A stretch of DNA of 55,635 bases from a virus (IMGVR_UViG_3300003319_000118:1-55635); one strand, 5' to 3'. Shown: positions 8,964 through 18,980, numbered from the stretch's first letter. Translations and numbers: made by a program. Notes: generated by a model not told the origin, from the letters alone.

Positions 8964-9308
8964 ATGAGGAGACGACTTAAAACACAGGAGAGATTCTGGC
9001 CGAAGGTAGACAAAACACCCGGCCACGGCCCAAAGGGCGAATGTTGGGTCTGGACAGGTGCGACGGCTGGAAGGGGGTACGGTGTTCTGTTGATGGGGAA
9101 TAATCGACACCAGTACGCACACCGCCTTTCTTATGGGCTTGCCTATGGGGTGATACCGCCCAGCATGTACGTCTGCCACACCTGCGACAATCCGCCCCGC
9201 GTCAACCCGGCACACCTATTTCTCGGGACACCGCGCGACAATGCGATGGACGCTATTCGGAAAAACAGAATGTTCCCGGTAGAAACCGTGGGTAATGGAA
9301 GAAAGTGA
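8964..9308 (+). CDS. HNH homing-type endonuclease
   Basis: [42 protein letters not shown]. Confidence 0.88.
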   Translation: MRRRLKTQERFWPKVDKTPGHGPKGECWVWTGATAGRGYGVLLMGNNRHQYAHRLSYGLAYGVIPPSMYVCHTCDNPPRVNPAHLFLGTPRDNAMDAIRKNRMFPVETVGNGRK

Positions 9309-9317
9309 ATTACTGAC

Positions 9318-9551
9318 ATGGCAAGGGCGCGAACGCTTAAGCAGGGTATGGCGCTGGGCTTCGGGAGATACCGCTACGCTATCCGCAAAGGCGGCACAGA
9401 TGTTGAAGCCCTGAAGCGTAAGGCCGAGGCCGAGGCGAAGAACGCCGCGGAGGGACGGGCGACCTGCTGGCGTTGTTTGGCCGGCGTCGAGATGGGCGCG
9501 GAGCGTTGCCCCGGCTGCGGGATGGCAGACCCGACGGGCGTGCCATTTTAG
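9318..9551 (+). CDS. hypothetical protein with C-terminal zinc ribbon
   Basis: CWRC..CPGCG. Confidence 0.55.
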   Translation: MARARTLKQGMALGFGRYRYAIRKGGTDVEALKRKAEAEAKNAAEGRATCWRCLAGVEMGAERCPGCGMADPTGVPF

Positions 9552-9558
9552 GGAAAGG

Positions 9559-9789
9559 ATGCGCAGCATGAAAACCTTCTGGCTGATAGTCACCACCACC
9601 ACGAGCCCCAAGATACTCACCGATAAGGTCAGGCGTGTAGATGGTACGAGGGCTGAGATAGTGAAGGCGCGCAACGACTACGCCGAAGAGTTAGGTGAGG
9701 GCTATATCGTCACGGCCGAGACTGACGCAGAGGCGCGCGCCTATAAGTCGTATCGTCAGTTCAAGGGTAGTGATAGAGAGGCATTTTGA
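9559..9789 (+). CDS. hypothetical protein
   Basis: ORF in operon, purine-rich RBS. Confidence 0.55.
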   Translation: MRSMKTFWLIVTTTTSPKILTDKVRRVDGTRAEIVKARNDYAEELGEGYIVTAETDAEARAYKSYRQFKGSDREAF

Positions 9790-9832
9790 CGCCCGTCCAC
9801 ACCTGATTAGAGTCTAGAAAGGAAGAGGGGAA

Positions 9833-10081
9833 GTGAGCGCAGCAACCGAATGGATAAAGTTTGAGCCGGACAGCCCGAGCCTTATTACGCCAATGTCGGG
9901 CGAATGGTGTCTATGGTCATTCGTTACGAAGCACGGCCGGGAATACTACAGCGGTTCTTGGTACAGAGGCGATGACGGTAAGGTAAGGATTAAGACGGAG
10001 TATGGGTGGACGGCAGAGGCCGTGGGCGTTTACTTCGCGCGCGTCAACAAACTCCGTGAGGAGCCACCTGCCCACACCTAA
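9833..10081 (+). CDS. hypothetical protein
   Basis: Purine-rich RBS; Trp-rich phage-like ORF. Confidence 0.55.
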   Translation: MSAATEWIKFEPDSPSLITPMSGEWCLWSFVTKHGREYYSGSWYRGDDGKVRIKTEYGWTAEAVGVYFARVNKLREEPPAHT

Positions 10082-10268
10082 GCAGGGGATAACTTACATA
10101 GGAAAGAGGAGAGACCAATGCCGAAGCAGATACCCGCAGTCACGCAGGCGCTCAGCGACCTGCTCAACGTTCAGACCGAACTGAAGCTCGCCGAAGCCTA
10201 CGGCGACAAGCTTTGCCTCAAAACCCCCACTTGCCCCAAAACTGCTTAAGATTGCCTCAAAAGTGGAA

Positions 10269-10299
10269 GGGGCCGCGCGCCTTCACTACGCGCGGCCCC
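10269..10299. terminator. GC hairpin
   Basis: GGGGCCGCGCG...CGCGCGGCCCC inverted repeat; no clear U-tract. Confidence 0.45.
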
Positions 10300-10585
10300 A
10301 CAGCACAGCCCCGATGAGTGGGGGCGTGCTCAGAGGTACGTTGCCCTTACGCACCTCTGTTACCTGTGGCTCACCAAAATGCCCATGTGGTATCTTCCTT
10401 TCCGATCTAGTCTTTGAAAACGTAAGGCAACGGGTCGGATGCGCAGTAGCCTGCTCACCCTCAGTGATGAGCATCGCCGTTGAGCAAGGAAGGTTCCTAC
10501 TCACGGCGACAAGGTTACGCAATCCCGACTATATCTCAACTTGGGATATATGTAAACCCCGAAGTCCGTCAGGGGGTAACTCCTG

Positions 10586-10864
10586 ATGGGCGCGAATCCG
10601 CGTGTCAGGCCGAAACGCTTGGCCGAGAAGCTTCGCTATATTCGGGCGTCGCTGGATTTAACGCAGGCGGAACTTTTGCGGAAGCTGGATATAGAAGGGC
10701 TTGCTACGCAGAGCAAAATATCGGAATTCGAGTCAGGGAAGCGCGAACCCTCCCTTATCATCCTCTTACAGTATGCCCGCGCCGTGAACGTCAGCACGGA
10801 CGTTTTGATTGATGATCGGTTAGACCTACCCGCCAAACTGCCAGCCAAGTCGAAGCACTCCTAA
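10586..10864 (+). CDS. XRE family transcriptional regulator
   Basis: LAEKLRYIRASLDLTQAEL..SKISEFESGKREPSL. Confidence 0.9.
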   Translation: MGANPRVRPKRLAEKLRYIRASLDLTQAELLRKLDIEGLATQSKISEFESGKREPSLIILLQYARAVNVSTDVLIDDRLDLPAKLPAKSKHS

Positions 10865-10940
10865 TGCCTCTAAAAGAAAAGTGCCAGACCCGTACAATGG
10901 GTCTAGCACTTCATTTACGGAAACCGTATAATTACGGGTG

Positions 10941-11014
10941 TGCCCCCGCCCAGACTCGAACTGGGAGCCCCAAGCTTAGTAGGCAGGTGCTCTATCCATT
11001 TGAGCTACGGGGGC
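10941..11014 (-). tRNA. atypical tRNA: Arg-like body, ACT anticodon, mismatched anticodon stem (possible pseudo-tRNA)
   Basis: Acceptor GCCCCCG/CGGGGGC; D arm GCTC-AAATGGATA-GAGC; loop CT-ACT-AA; T arm CCCAG-TTCGAGT-CTGGG; no encoded CCA. Confidence 0.8.
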
Positions 11015-11145
11015 ACAAGCTTTCTCAGCCCTCTTATACACCCTCTGTCAAGCGACTTTTTTAGGAAGTTCTTTCAGAAAAAGTTAGAAAGTTAATTCCT
11101 GAACTTCTCATACAAGAGGTTGATTCAGGAACAACTTTTACAACT

Positions 11146-12279
11146 TTATAAGATTACCTCATTCACTTCCGACGAAAGATTTAACTCGGCTTGCTCTGCC
11201 TCTGCCTGTTCAGGCGTAACAGGTTTTGCGGTGGGTAACGCTCTAGCCTGCTCCGGGACTCTTAAAAAGAGATCGTACTGAATGTGGCCTTTACCGAACA
11301 TCTCCCGCATTTTCTGTTTCAACTCTTCCATGTTGTAACAAGTGCGCGCGATGCCGATGACCATCCAAATGTGTTCGATTAGCTTCTGTAACCCATACTG
11401 GCTTGAAAGCCATTGATGATAGTTCTGTCCGTGGCGGGGCTTCGGCGCGTTCTCCTTTAACCACTGTGCTACGTCAGGATCAAGGTATTCATAGATTAGC
11501 TGCATAACGAGATGCCCCCAATACTTCGGGCGCTGTGTCACGCTGCCTTTCCAATTCGTCAATCGTCCGAACTCAATCCATAAGTCATCGGGGAAAGTTC
11601 TTTCCCACTTACGCATCTCTTCCTCAAGGTATGCCCTCAGCTTGACCTTGAGCGCGTCCTCATCGCGTTTGTATTGATAGCCGGTCGCCTCATCCACAAG
11701 CGCGTCCAAGCCTACTTTCGCGCACGCTACAAGGAACATGCTGGCCTTTATAGCCATCGAAATTTGGCGAGGCGTCAGTTTCACTTCTGGCGGGTTTCTC
11801 TGGCTGGCCTCTAAAGCGGTAACAAGCCCCCGGCAGACTTCGATCAACAAATCAGTAGGCAGCCCCTTTACCTCACGCTGTAACTGCTCCACTTCGGGCA
11901 GGCGAAAAGAGACCATTCTCGCGACTACCAAGTCCTTATCTATGTATGGCTTAAGGTTTTGCGACCGCAAGTATCCTTCCAAGTCACCTTGACCCGGAAA
12001 TCCGCTCAGCATCTCCGTCGTCGCGACCCGCCCGATAACCCTTTGCCCATTGTCGAGCACATAGCAGGGCAGATTTACATCCAGAATATCTAGAAACCCC
12101 TTGTACTTCGCGACGGGTAATCCCCCGTCTTTTGTCTTTGTCGCTTTGCCGGCCTTGGCCCAACGCGCTTGCACGGCTTTTCTGGCTATTTCTTTCCGCT
12201 GTTCGGCGGTCAAGCTCATCGCGCGCGCTTGACCGCCCTTCGACGGGTCAAGAGTGGCAGCCTTTTTCTGTTTGCCCAT
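11146..12279 (-). CDS. P63C domain protein
   Basis: GLDALVDEATGYQ, WERTFPDD, RPKYWG..IYEYL; AGGAGG RBS; TTGACA-17-TACCGT promoter. Confidence 0.88.
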   Translation of the reverse strand: MGKQKKAATLDPSKGGQARAMSLTAEQRKEIARKAVQARWAKAGKATKTKDGGLPVAKYKGFLDILDVNLPCYVLDNGQRVIGRVATTEMLSGFPGQGDLEGYLRSQNLKPYIDKDLVVARMVSFRLPEVEQLQREVKGLPTDLLIEVCRGLVTALEASQRNPPEVKLTPRQISMAIKASMFLVACAKVGLDALVDEATGYQYKRDEDALKVKLRAYLEEEMRKWERTFPDDLWIEFGRLTNWKGSVTQRPKYWGHLVMQLIYEYLDPDVAQWLKENAPKPRHGQNYHQWLSSQYGLQKLIEHIWMVIGIARTCYNMEELKQKMREMFGKGHIQYDLFLRVPEQARALPTAKPVTPEQAEAEQAELNLSSEVNEVIL

Positions 12280-12393
12280 GAGAGCCTCCTTCGCGAAGCA
12301 CGGTAGCACGGAAAAATAGTTGTGTCAATACTTGCTTATTATGTTGACTACTTGCTCAGCAAGTATTACAATGCAGATGTTCTTTGAGAAAGC

Positions 12394-12422
12394 AAAAGCC
12401 CCGCTCGGGAGCGGGGCTTTTC
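12394..12422. terminator. bidirectional intrinsic terminator
   Basis: AAAAGCCCCGCTC-GG-GAGCGGGGCTTTT. Confidence 0.8.
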
Positions 12423-12447
12423 TCTTACGATCACATGACTCTTGACG

Positions 12448-13044
12448 TTAAGCGTGTGCGCCAGCCATCGTATACATCGCCCGTTGAGTGCGCCGAATTT
12501 GAGAGAGGGTTTTCTCTTTCTCTTTGTTCTCCATCTTCTCTATCCGCTTGGCAGCACGCGACAGCATCCGATGTGGATTCGTCTCAGGGTCTTGCATCCT
12601 TTCCATCCAAAACATCAACCGCATTAGCCGCGAATAATCAAGGACGATGTTGTCCAAGGCGTGGGCAGTTGCTGTAACGACTTCCCGGAACGCAGGCGTC
12701 CAGTTCTTACTCTCCCTGCTTAACTGTTCGTCCGGCTCGTCACCTTTTCCGCTCAAAATAGCCCCTACTATGGCGCGGTTAATCTCGGAATATTGATCTG
12801 GCCTCCGCATTATGACCGTGTTGACGTAGTAGAAACGCTGGAAGCTCCTTGAATTAACGTCAAGTTCTCCCGCCACGGCGAGCCGCATCAATTCATTCCG
12901 TGCGGCTGCGAAGTGGCTTTGTGTGCGCTCGACGCGGTACTCATGTCTATACCTGCGGCGGCTTCTCTTCACAACAATGCCGACAACTAGCTCACGCACA
13001 GCCCACAGAACGCCGATGAGTACGATAAGTGTAATTGCGCTCAT
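12448..13044 (-). CDS. membrane-anchored hypothetical protein (moron)
   Basis: N-terminal TM segment; ATGA coupling. Confidence 0.7.
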   Translation of the reverse strand: MSAITLIVLIGVLWAVRELVVGIVVKRSRRRYRHEYRVERTQSHFAAARNELMRLAVAGELDVNSRSFQRFYYVNTVIMRRPDQYSEINRAIVGAILSGKGDEPDEQLSRESKNWTPAFREVVTATAHALDNIVLDYSRLMRLMFWMERMQDPETNPHRMLSRAAKRIEKMENKEKEKTLSQIRRTQRAMYTMAGAHA

Positions 13045-13496
13045 TTTCTTTTACTCCTACGGCTGCGTCTAGGCTCTTCGGCCTTAGCCTTCTCACCCTC
13101 TAATTCCTTGCGGGCGGACGGTACATCTTCAAACTCATTCTTCATTACGAATTGTTGTATCTGTTCGTCGCTCCAACCGCACTTTTCCATAAAGAATAAG
13201 ATGCGGTATGAACAGAGCGCGGCGCGTGCTTGAGTACGGTATAGAAGAGGAATGACGGCCACGGCAGAGGCAATGGCCTTGCGGGTCTTTGACGAGATCG
13301 GCATCTGCCCCGCAGAGCGTAAGGCCGACCCGCTTATCATCGGGCGCGTCCTGATGCCGCGAAAAGGGAGCACGCAGAAGGCCGTCAGTTTCCTTATCGC
13401 GTGGCATTTGAATCTTAACGAGTTGTGACCGCTACACACGTACCTGAGCCGCGAAATCCCTTGAGGCTGATAATAGTTATTATGTTCTGAAAACAT
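13041..13496 (-). CDS. hypothetical protein (start uncertain, possibly near 13304)
   Basis: Track ORF coupled to downstream gene. Confidence 0.45.
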   Translation of the reverse strand: MFSEHNNYYQPQGISRLRYVCSGHNSLRFKCHAIRKLTAFCVLPFRGIRTRPMISGSALRSAGQMPISSKTRKAIASAVAVIPLLYRTQARAALCSYRILFFMEKCGWSDEQIQQFVMKNEFEDVPSARKELEGEKAKAEEPRRSRRSKRK

Positions 13497-13570
13497 AAAG
13501 CGCGGGATGCCCCTCGGCTACGAAACTTCAGGGCACCCCGCTACTTCGGACGCCGCCCCCTACGGGTTGA

Positions 13571-13957
13571 CTAGGCGGGATACACGCGAATCTCTATTGG
13601 ACTAAGATTCAGAAGGTCGTCAGTACCAGAGCCCCCCGTTCCCGACAGTACCGTAACAGTGTCCGCGCTGCCTCGCCGCGCATACACATTAATCTGATCG
13701 TCCTGGTTAGGATACGCGCCCGCACCAATCGAGATAAAGGTCTTATTCGCAGTGAACGCCCCGGCCAACGTGCCTATGTAGGTTCCCGCGAAATCCCTTA
13801 TCCACACCACTGCCCCGCCCAGCGTGTTCTCAAGCACCGTCGCCACGGGCGCGTCCGTGCCCGACTGACTGAGCAGAGCGACATAACGCTTGATTCCGTC
13901 CGTCTCTATATGCGTGCCATCCGTGGCGCGCGTGTACTGTCCAGCAGCTAGGCTCAT
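13571..13957 (-). CDS. virion fibre-associated protein
   Basis: YVALLSQSGTDAPVATVLENTLG..IEIRVY; end of late operon. Confidence 0.65.
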   Translation of the reverse strand: MSLAAGQYTRATDGTHIETDGIKRYVALLSQSGTDAPVATVLENTLGGAVVWIRDFAGTYIGTLAGAFTANKTFISIGAGAYPNQDDQINVYARRGSADTVTVLSGTGGSGTDDLLNLSPIEIRVYPA

Positions 13958-14103
13958 TAGTCGGTTCCCTCCACAATCACGTATTGTCCGCTGTCGTTAA
14001 GAACGGGCTGCTCGTCGTCGTTGAAAACCGTGTCCCCTTCCGTGCCCATGACGGGCGGCTTCGGCCTGCTACCCGTTCCTATGCCTATCCCTATTCCAAT
14101 CAT
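13957..14103 (-). CDS. short head-fibre-like protein
   Basis: MIGIGIGIG N-terminus directly after spike base; GAGGAGG RBS. Confidence 0.55.
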   Translation of the reverse strand: MIGIGIGIGTGSRPKPPVMGTEGDTVFNDDEQPVLNDSGQYVIVEGTD

Positions 14104-14114
14104 TGAAGTCCTCC

Positions 14115-14384
14115 TCAGTAGTCCGCAATCAACTCGCTCGCGGTCGTGCCTGTTGCCCATATCCGCTTGACGCGCCACGGCCACTCACCTACCGGGACAT
14201 TCTTGCGCGTCACGATGTCGCCGTTGACCATCGTCATCTTGATATGCCCTGAGACGCCGACGTAGATAGCGCGGCTGCGGGTGGGGAGGTCGTTGCTGTC
14301 GTCAGGCGTGATGGCCGCGGCTCCGTCGGCAGGCGTCAACAGGTTCAAGAGTGCTATTTGCGATGCCAGTGTTTGGTCAGCCAT
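14115..14384 (-). CDS. head spike base protein (RcGTA Rcc01079-like)
   Basis: AITPDDSNDL..RAIYVGVSG..RVKRIWATGTTA. Confidence 0.82.
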   Translation of the reverse strand: MADQTLASQIALLNLLTPADGAAAITPDDSNDLPTRSRAIYVGVSGHIKMTMVNGDIVTRKNVPVGEWPWRVKRIWATGTTASELIADY

Positions 14385-14470
14385 TTCTTCTTACCTCCAA
14401 TAAGTGTTTTGCGTCTCATGGGGTGCGGTCGTCCTTCTCTCAACACCCAAAAGGGTATAAACTCTCGCCC

Positions 14471-14641
14471 ATGCTCACCATACTCAAAATCCGCCGCGAC
14501 GAAACGGGCTCAACCGAAGAGATAGAGGCCGATGTAACGGTTACAGACTCGGCCGTCAACATCCACCTGAAGGAACCTATCCAGCTTTTGGAGCGTGACG
14601 TGCTCATCCTCCCCATCGAAGCCGTCAATGCCAGCGATTGA
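14471..14641 (+). CDS. small antisense-oriented moron protein
   Basis: Fills gap between late genes; TATAAACT just upstream of ATG. Confidence 0.45.
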   Translation: MLTILKIRRDETGSTEEIEADVTVTDSAVNIHLKEPIQLLERDVLILPIEAVNASD

Positions 14642-14645
14642 CCCG

Positions 14646-15461
14646 CTAGTTCGTCCTATAAGCGAGCGAAAGAAACACGTCGAAAGTGTTGTTGATCTGC
14701 GCGTCGGTGAGCTGCGAGGCCGACCCTCCGTTTATCACGCGAAGAGAGAGAGTGGTCGTATTCTCTTCCGCGAGCGCCACCACTGTTCCCGTATACGATG
14801 CGTTGTTGGCATAGACCGCCCCAACAGCGCGAGCGCCTGATGGCCCGATGGTCACGGGAAGGCCCGTGACGAGGACGCCACCCGTCGAACTACCCTTAGA
14901 AGTGAGAGTGATGCGGCACTCGATAAATACCCGGTCGCCGATGCGCGTATAGGTGCCGGTCTGAGCCCCGTACGTGATGCCTGTATTTCCACCGCCGAGG
15001 GTGATGGCGGGCGTCCAGGTGCCTTCGGCGTAAGTTCCCGTGGTGACGTTTGTCGCCGGGGCGAAGGCGTTGCCGATGGCGTAGACGTTCACTCCGTTGT
15101 GGTACACCTCTTGGGCATACCCTTGGGGAATCTTGACGCCCGTCCCGCCGTTATAGCGGAAGTTGACGGTGAAGGCCCCCGAGGTGTTGTTGTGGACGAG
15201 TATCACGCGCGCCGAGCCGACGGTAGCGACAGAGGGAAGGTCAACGGAGATGTTGCCCGTCAGGGCCCCGGTCAGCTCGATGACGCGGGCGCGCGCCTCC
15301 GAGGCCGTGAGCGTGACGTTCGAGTTGCCCGCCACGGATTTTGTGATGTAGCCCGCAATCATCGCATCATGGATGCTATTGGTTTCGTTTAGCGTCTGCT
15401 CTTTTGAAGCCTGATTGACCTCGACGTTCGTCGCGTGCCCGTTCGTGGTGTAGCTCGCCAT
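14646..15461 (-). CDS. tail fibre / receptor-binding protein
   Basis: QASKEQTLNE N-term, YAEGTWTP, GTYTRIGDRVF; follows tail tip. Confidence 0.8.
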   Translation of the reverse strand: MASYTTNGHATNVEVNQASKEQTLNETNSIHDAMIAGYITKSVAGNSNVTLTASEARARVIELTGALTGNISVDLPSVATVGSARVILVHNNTSGAFTVNFRYNGGTGVKIPQGYAQEVYHNGVNVYAIGNAFAPATNVTTGTYAEGTWTPAITLGGGNTGITYGAQTGTYTRIGDRVFIECRITLTSKGSSTGGVLVTGLPVTIGPSGARAVGAVYANNASYTGTVVALAEENTTTLSLRVINGGSASQLTDAQINNTFDVFLSLAYRTN

Positions 15462-15470
15462 CTCTCTCTC

Positions 15471-18400
15471 CTACAAAGTGGCCTCTGTATATCGCCCGCG
15501 CCCCACTACCGCGCTCTCCTGATAGACCCTGACCTTGACGCTCGACTGCACAGAGCCGAAATCTTCCGTCTGCTGGTTGGCCGTGTAGTTATAGCCGCGC
15601 TTTTTGCCGTACTGGATTCGCGACGGGTCGAGCCCCTGATTGCCTGTGTTAGCGGTAGTCTCAAAGTAGAGGCGCAGTGCTTCGCTCGCGCTGAAACTCG
15701 TCTCAAGGATAGGAACCGGCGCGGCCTGCGATGCATAATTCTTATAGAAGCGCACCACCGACCCCGTACGGTGAATGGAAATACGGTCGCCATCCGCAAT
15801 GTCCACCGCGTAAGAGGCGTTGCCCATCGGCCACGCACGCTTGCCTCCGACCGCTCCCGAGAAAGAGCAGTAGAAGTAGGGATAGCCAGCGTTCTTGTAC
15901 TGGTCGAAAGGGTTGACAATGCCGACAGGACTTACGTGCGCGGCTGGGAGCACGCCCAGATACGAAATAGGCTCATCCGCATTTATCACGAACTCGGCAA
16001 CGAAGTCACCGGCAAACGAATCCATCCCCGTGCCGCGCGCCACGTTGATGCCGTCATCTGTGTGAGACAGCGTATAGTCCGTGCTGATAGTCAGAGTGCC
16101 ACCGGGGTCATCCAATTCCTGCCAGCGGATTGTCTGCTGAATAAGGACGTTCGGATTTCTGACGGAACGCTTGAGCGTTGCCCCGCTATAGACCTCGAAC
16201 ACGTAGACCTCCTGCTCCTCATTGAGTGGCGTTCCCACCCGGTCACGGAGAGAGGCCGCGAATCGTTCGCGCCTGACCCAAGTAACAAGAAGGTCTCCCA
16301 CGCTGTTGCGCTCGCCGCGCAGGTCGGTCGGAGGCAGGGGCTTCAGACTGGTGCCGTCAGCCGTGAACGTCACGGTCGGAGCATCGTCAACCGATTGTCC
16401 CGCAGTTGGACACTTATAATTACGAGCAACGCCGATGTCTTCCAACGGATAAAGCATCGGCTTCACAGCCGAGTTGAGCACGACCACATCCAGCCCTGCG
16501 AGAGACCCAGCCGCAGGGACGCCCGAGCCGAACCTATCCCACAGCAAGCCGCTGACGGTGTAGCGCGATTGGTAGGGGTCGGCCGGGGTTCCCGCGCTGA
16601 CGGTAGTGAACTGACAGACGTACCACCCATCGGCCATGTTTCCGATGGCAAGCAGGTTGAGTTCCGGGTTGGCGTTTACGTCCTCTTCGGTCGCGGATGA
16701 AAGCGACGTGACAGGAAGGAAGTCCACGACGAAGGACGTTGACCTATCCCATACCGTCCGGTCTATCGTCCCGGCGGTGCCTGAGACGACTGCGCCTATC
16801 CCAGCCTCAAGGTCAACGGGGCCCTCTAGTTGATAGGAGCCCGAGCCGATAGGCCGCTCTTTGAACTCGAAGGCCCCGCGCCACGTCCCCGCACCCTGAA
16901 GGCAGGCCGCCCGATAGCGAACCGGCATCGTCCCGCCCCCGAGGTCTTCCGGTCGAAGCGCGGGCAAGTCCATGATGAGCAGCTTCGTTGTGCCGGGATA
17001 CGGGATAACCGGCGGCTCATACCCACTACCGGCCGAGCCCGCGATAGACTGACTATAAACACTCGCCGCGTGCCTGACGCCGCTCATCTCCTGCACGCCC
17101 ATTAACTGCCACGCATGTTCACCCAGACGAGCGGTGTGAGACGCACCCGACGAAGTGTTGATGGTGAACACGTCGCCGGGGTGGAGTTTCTGATACTTGG
17201 GTGGAACTTTGATTTTGAATGTTCGGCTCTCTATGTGGCGCTGGTCGAGGATGGTCGCCGCTAATTGTCTCGCGTGTGAGTGCGTCAGAATCATGGAGAG
17301 GTTTACCGTCTGCTTATCTCCAAACACCCCAGAGCCCACGGTCGCGGATTGCGTGTTCGTGTGATAGTCGAGCAGTGCATCCATGAAGCCCACGCTCAAC
17401 TCGTAAGGCAAGGCGAGCGGGTCGGCGTCCGTAATCTCTACCTCAAAATCATCCCCCTTCTCATCACTCCCGGGCTCCTTCCAGTGCGCCCTTAGCTCGT
17501 CGGCCGAGATAGTCGCCACGCTTGAGCCGTTGCGCAAGACCGCTTTCGTCTCGCCGTCCACTTCAACCATGTCGAACTGGAAACAGGTCATCAGGTCGGC
17601 GAGCCACCGGCCTGCCTCTTCTCTGGACGTGATAAGGAATCCCTCATCCGTGCCGAGCGCGAGCCCCGAAAGTGCCGTGACGTTGACTACCCCAGAGTCC
17701 ACGCTCACGAGCCCATACAAGTCCTGCACAATATCGTCAACGTCGTAGCAACCTGTATCTACTTCGAAGTTGAAGTTGGGCAGGGCAGGCTCTTTCAGTA
17801 CGTAAGAGTCAAAAACGACGTGTGCTAAGCCTCGGTAGGCCGGGACGTTTCCAACACCATGCAGAGCGACGAAAGCCGAGTCCGGGTCTTGTGTCTCCGA
17901 CCCGTTGTAGATTCTGATGTTCGCGTTGCCGCCGGCGACAATCTGCGCCGTGGTTACACCGTCCCCGTCCGGTTCGGGTATCTCGCCGTAACGGGCGATG
18001 GTGTCGTTATCGTCGGCTGCAGACCTGACCGTGTAGGGGTTGATAATCCCGGTCGCTTGTCCTGAGATACGCACACAGGCGCGGTCAACGTACATCGTTG
18101 TTGCATGTGTATTCTTGATCTTGAGTGTGTTGACGAACCCCGTAGTCATCGAAAAAGGGGCCGTCCGGTAGACGTGCCATTCGCCGTCCGTGTTGTGCAA
18201 GGTCTCGGGAAACATCGCCAGAGGCGAGGGCGTCAACTCCACCGTATTCGCGGCAGTAGTTTTATAATAGAACTCGACTACGGCTGTTCCGTTTCCATAG
18301 AGGCCGTTGAATTGGATGCTTCCATTCGTCGGCAGCGTGACGACTTCACCGCCTGAAGCTGAGGCGTCTAGCGTAGTAGTCGCCCCGCCGGCCAGAGTAT

Positions 18401-18980
18401 TACCCGGTCGCTCTGCTTCATAGAAGGCATCTCCTTGAGCGGTGACTGTTGTATCGAAAATGGTCTCAAAATTCTCCCAGATGCGGGTTATCTTGAGGTC
18501 GGGTGAGAGCGCACCTAAAGACTCGCAGACTCCGATATCGAGAGTGGTGGTATAGACATGATTTACTTCGCCGGGCGTTGGCGGCTTCGGAGCACCTTTA
18601 CCACCGGGTCTGCCTTCGGTCTCGTTCGTGGTGTGAATGATGGATGTGGCGTCGAGCAGGAACCCGGCAGCGCGGAACTTGCCATACCCTCTGAGAATAT
18701 GTTCGCCGTACCCATTTGCCTGTAGTCGAATGTCGTCCATCCGACCGCGGTCAACCTTCGGAACTTTGCGACGCTTGGCAATGTAAATGCCGGCTCCGTA
18801 GCTCACCACGCTAAAGGCAGCGGAGATGGCGATGGTGGCTAGTACCGTGCCACTGAAGGGATCAGAGAGATAGACGCCGCGCGGTCGCACAGGGAAGAGG
18901 CCAGCAAAGGCGAGCACCGCAAGGAAACCCCACAGGATGATGCGGTCGCGGAGGGGGCGGTATCTGATGAGTTGAAGCAT
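15471..18980 (-). CDS. tail tip / host-specificity protein (GTA megatron-like) with CBM-like insert
   Basis: YGEHILRGYG, GSETQDPD..VPAYRGLAHVVF, LLIMDLPALR, VTWVRRER, YTANQQTEDFG..VRVYQES; start at 18980 preferred. Confidence 0.88.
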   Translation of the reverse strand: MLQLIRYRPLRDRIILWGFLAVLAFAGLFPVRPRGVYLSDPFSGTVLATIAISAAFSVVSYGAGIYIAKRRKVPKVDRGRMDDIRLQANGYGEHILRGYGKFRAAGFLLDATSIIHTTNETEGRPGGKGAPKPPTPGEVNHVYTTTLDIGVCESLGALSPDLKITRIWENFETIFDTTVTAQGDAFYEAERPGNTLAGGATTTLDASASGGEVVTLPTNGSIQFNGLYGNGTAVVEFYYKTTAANTVELTPSPLAMFPETLHNTDGEWHVYRTAPFSMTTGFVNTLKIKNTHATTMYVDRACVRISGQATGIINPYTVRSAADDNDTIARYGEIPEPDGDGVTTAQIVAGGNANIRIYNGSETQDPDSAFVALHGVGNVPAYRGLAHVVFDSYVLKEPALPNFNFEVDTGCYDVDDIVQDLYGLVSVDSGVVNVTALSGLALGTDEGFLITSREEAGRWLADLMTCFQFDMVEVDGETKAVLRNGSSVATISADELRAHWKEPGSDEKGDDFEVEITDADPLALPYELSVGFMDALLDYHTNTQSATVGSGVFGDKQTVNLSMILTHSHARQLAATILDQRHIESRTFKIKVPPKYQKLHPGDVFTINTSSGASHTARLGEHAWQLMGVQEMSGVRHAASVYSQSIAGSAGSGYEPPVIPYPGTTKLLIMDLPALRPEDLGGGTMPVRYRAACLQGAGTWRGAFEFKERPIGSGSYQLEGPVDLEAGIGAVVSGTAGTIDRTVWDRSTSFVVDFLPVTSLSSATEEDVNANPELNLLAIGNMADGWYVCQFTTVSAGTPADPYQSRYTVSGLLWDRFGSGVPAAGSLAGLDVVVLNSAVKPMLYPLEDIGVARNYKCPTAGQSVDDAPTVTFTADGTSLKPLPPTDLRGERNSVGDLLVTWVRRERFAASLRDRVGTPLNEEQEVYVFEVYSGATLKRSVRNPNVLIQQTIRWQELDDPGGTLTISTDYTLSHTDDGINVARGTGMDSFAGDFVAEFVINADEPISYLGVLPAAHVSPVGIVNPFDQYKNAGYPYFYCSFSGAVGGKRAWPMGNASYAVDIADGDRISIHRTGSVVRFYKNYASQAAPVPILETSFSASEALRLYFETTANTGNQGLDPSRIQYGKKRGYNYTANQQTEDFGSVQSSVKVRVYQESAVVGRGRYTEATL

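Noticed and set aside
10941-11014. tRNA as attP or attachment-site remnant
   Set aside because: No integrase and no second copy seen; the gene is full length rather than a 3' fragment.
11085-11140. Protelomerase telRL site
   Set aside because: Palindrome is imperfect and no protelomerase gene was recognised.
15435-16700. 421-aa + strand ORF and similar long antisense ORFs (e.g. 25745..26638)
   Set aside because: Shadows of GC-rich structural genes on the opposite strand.
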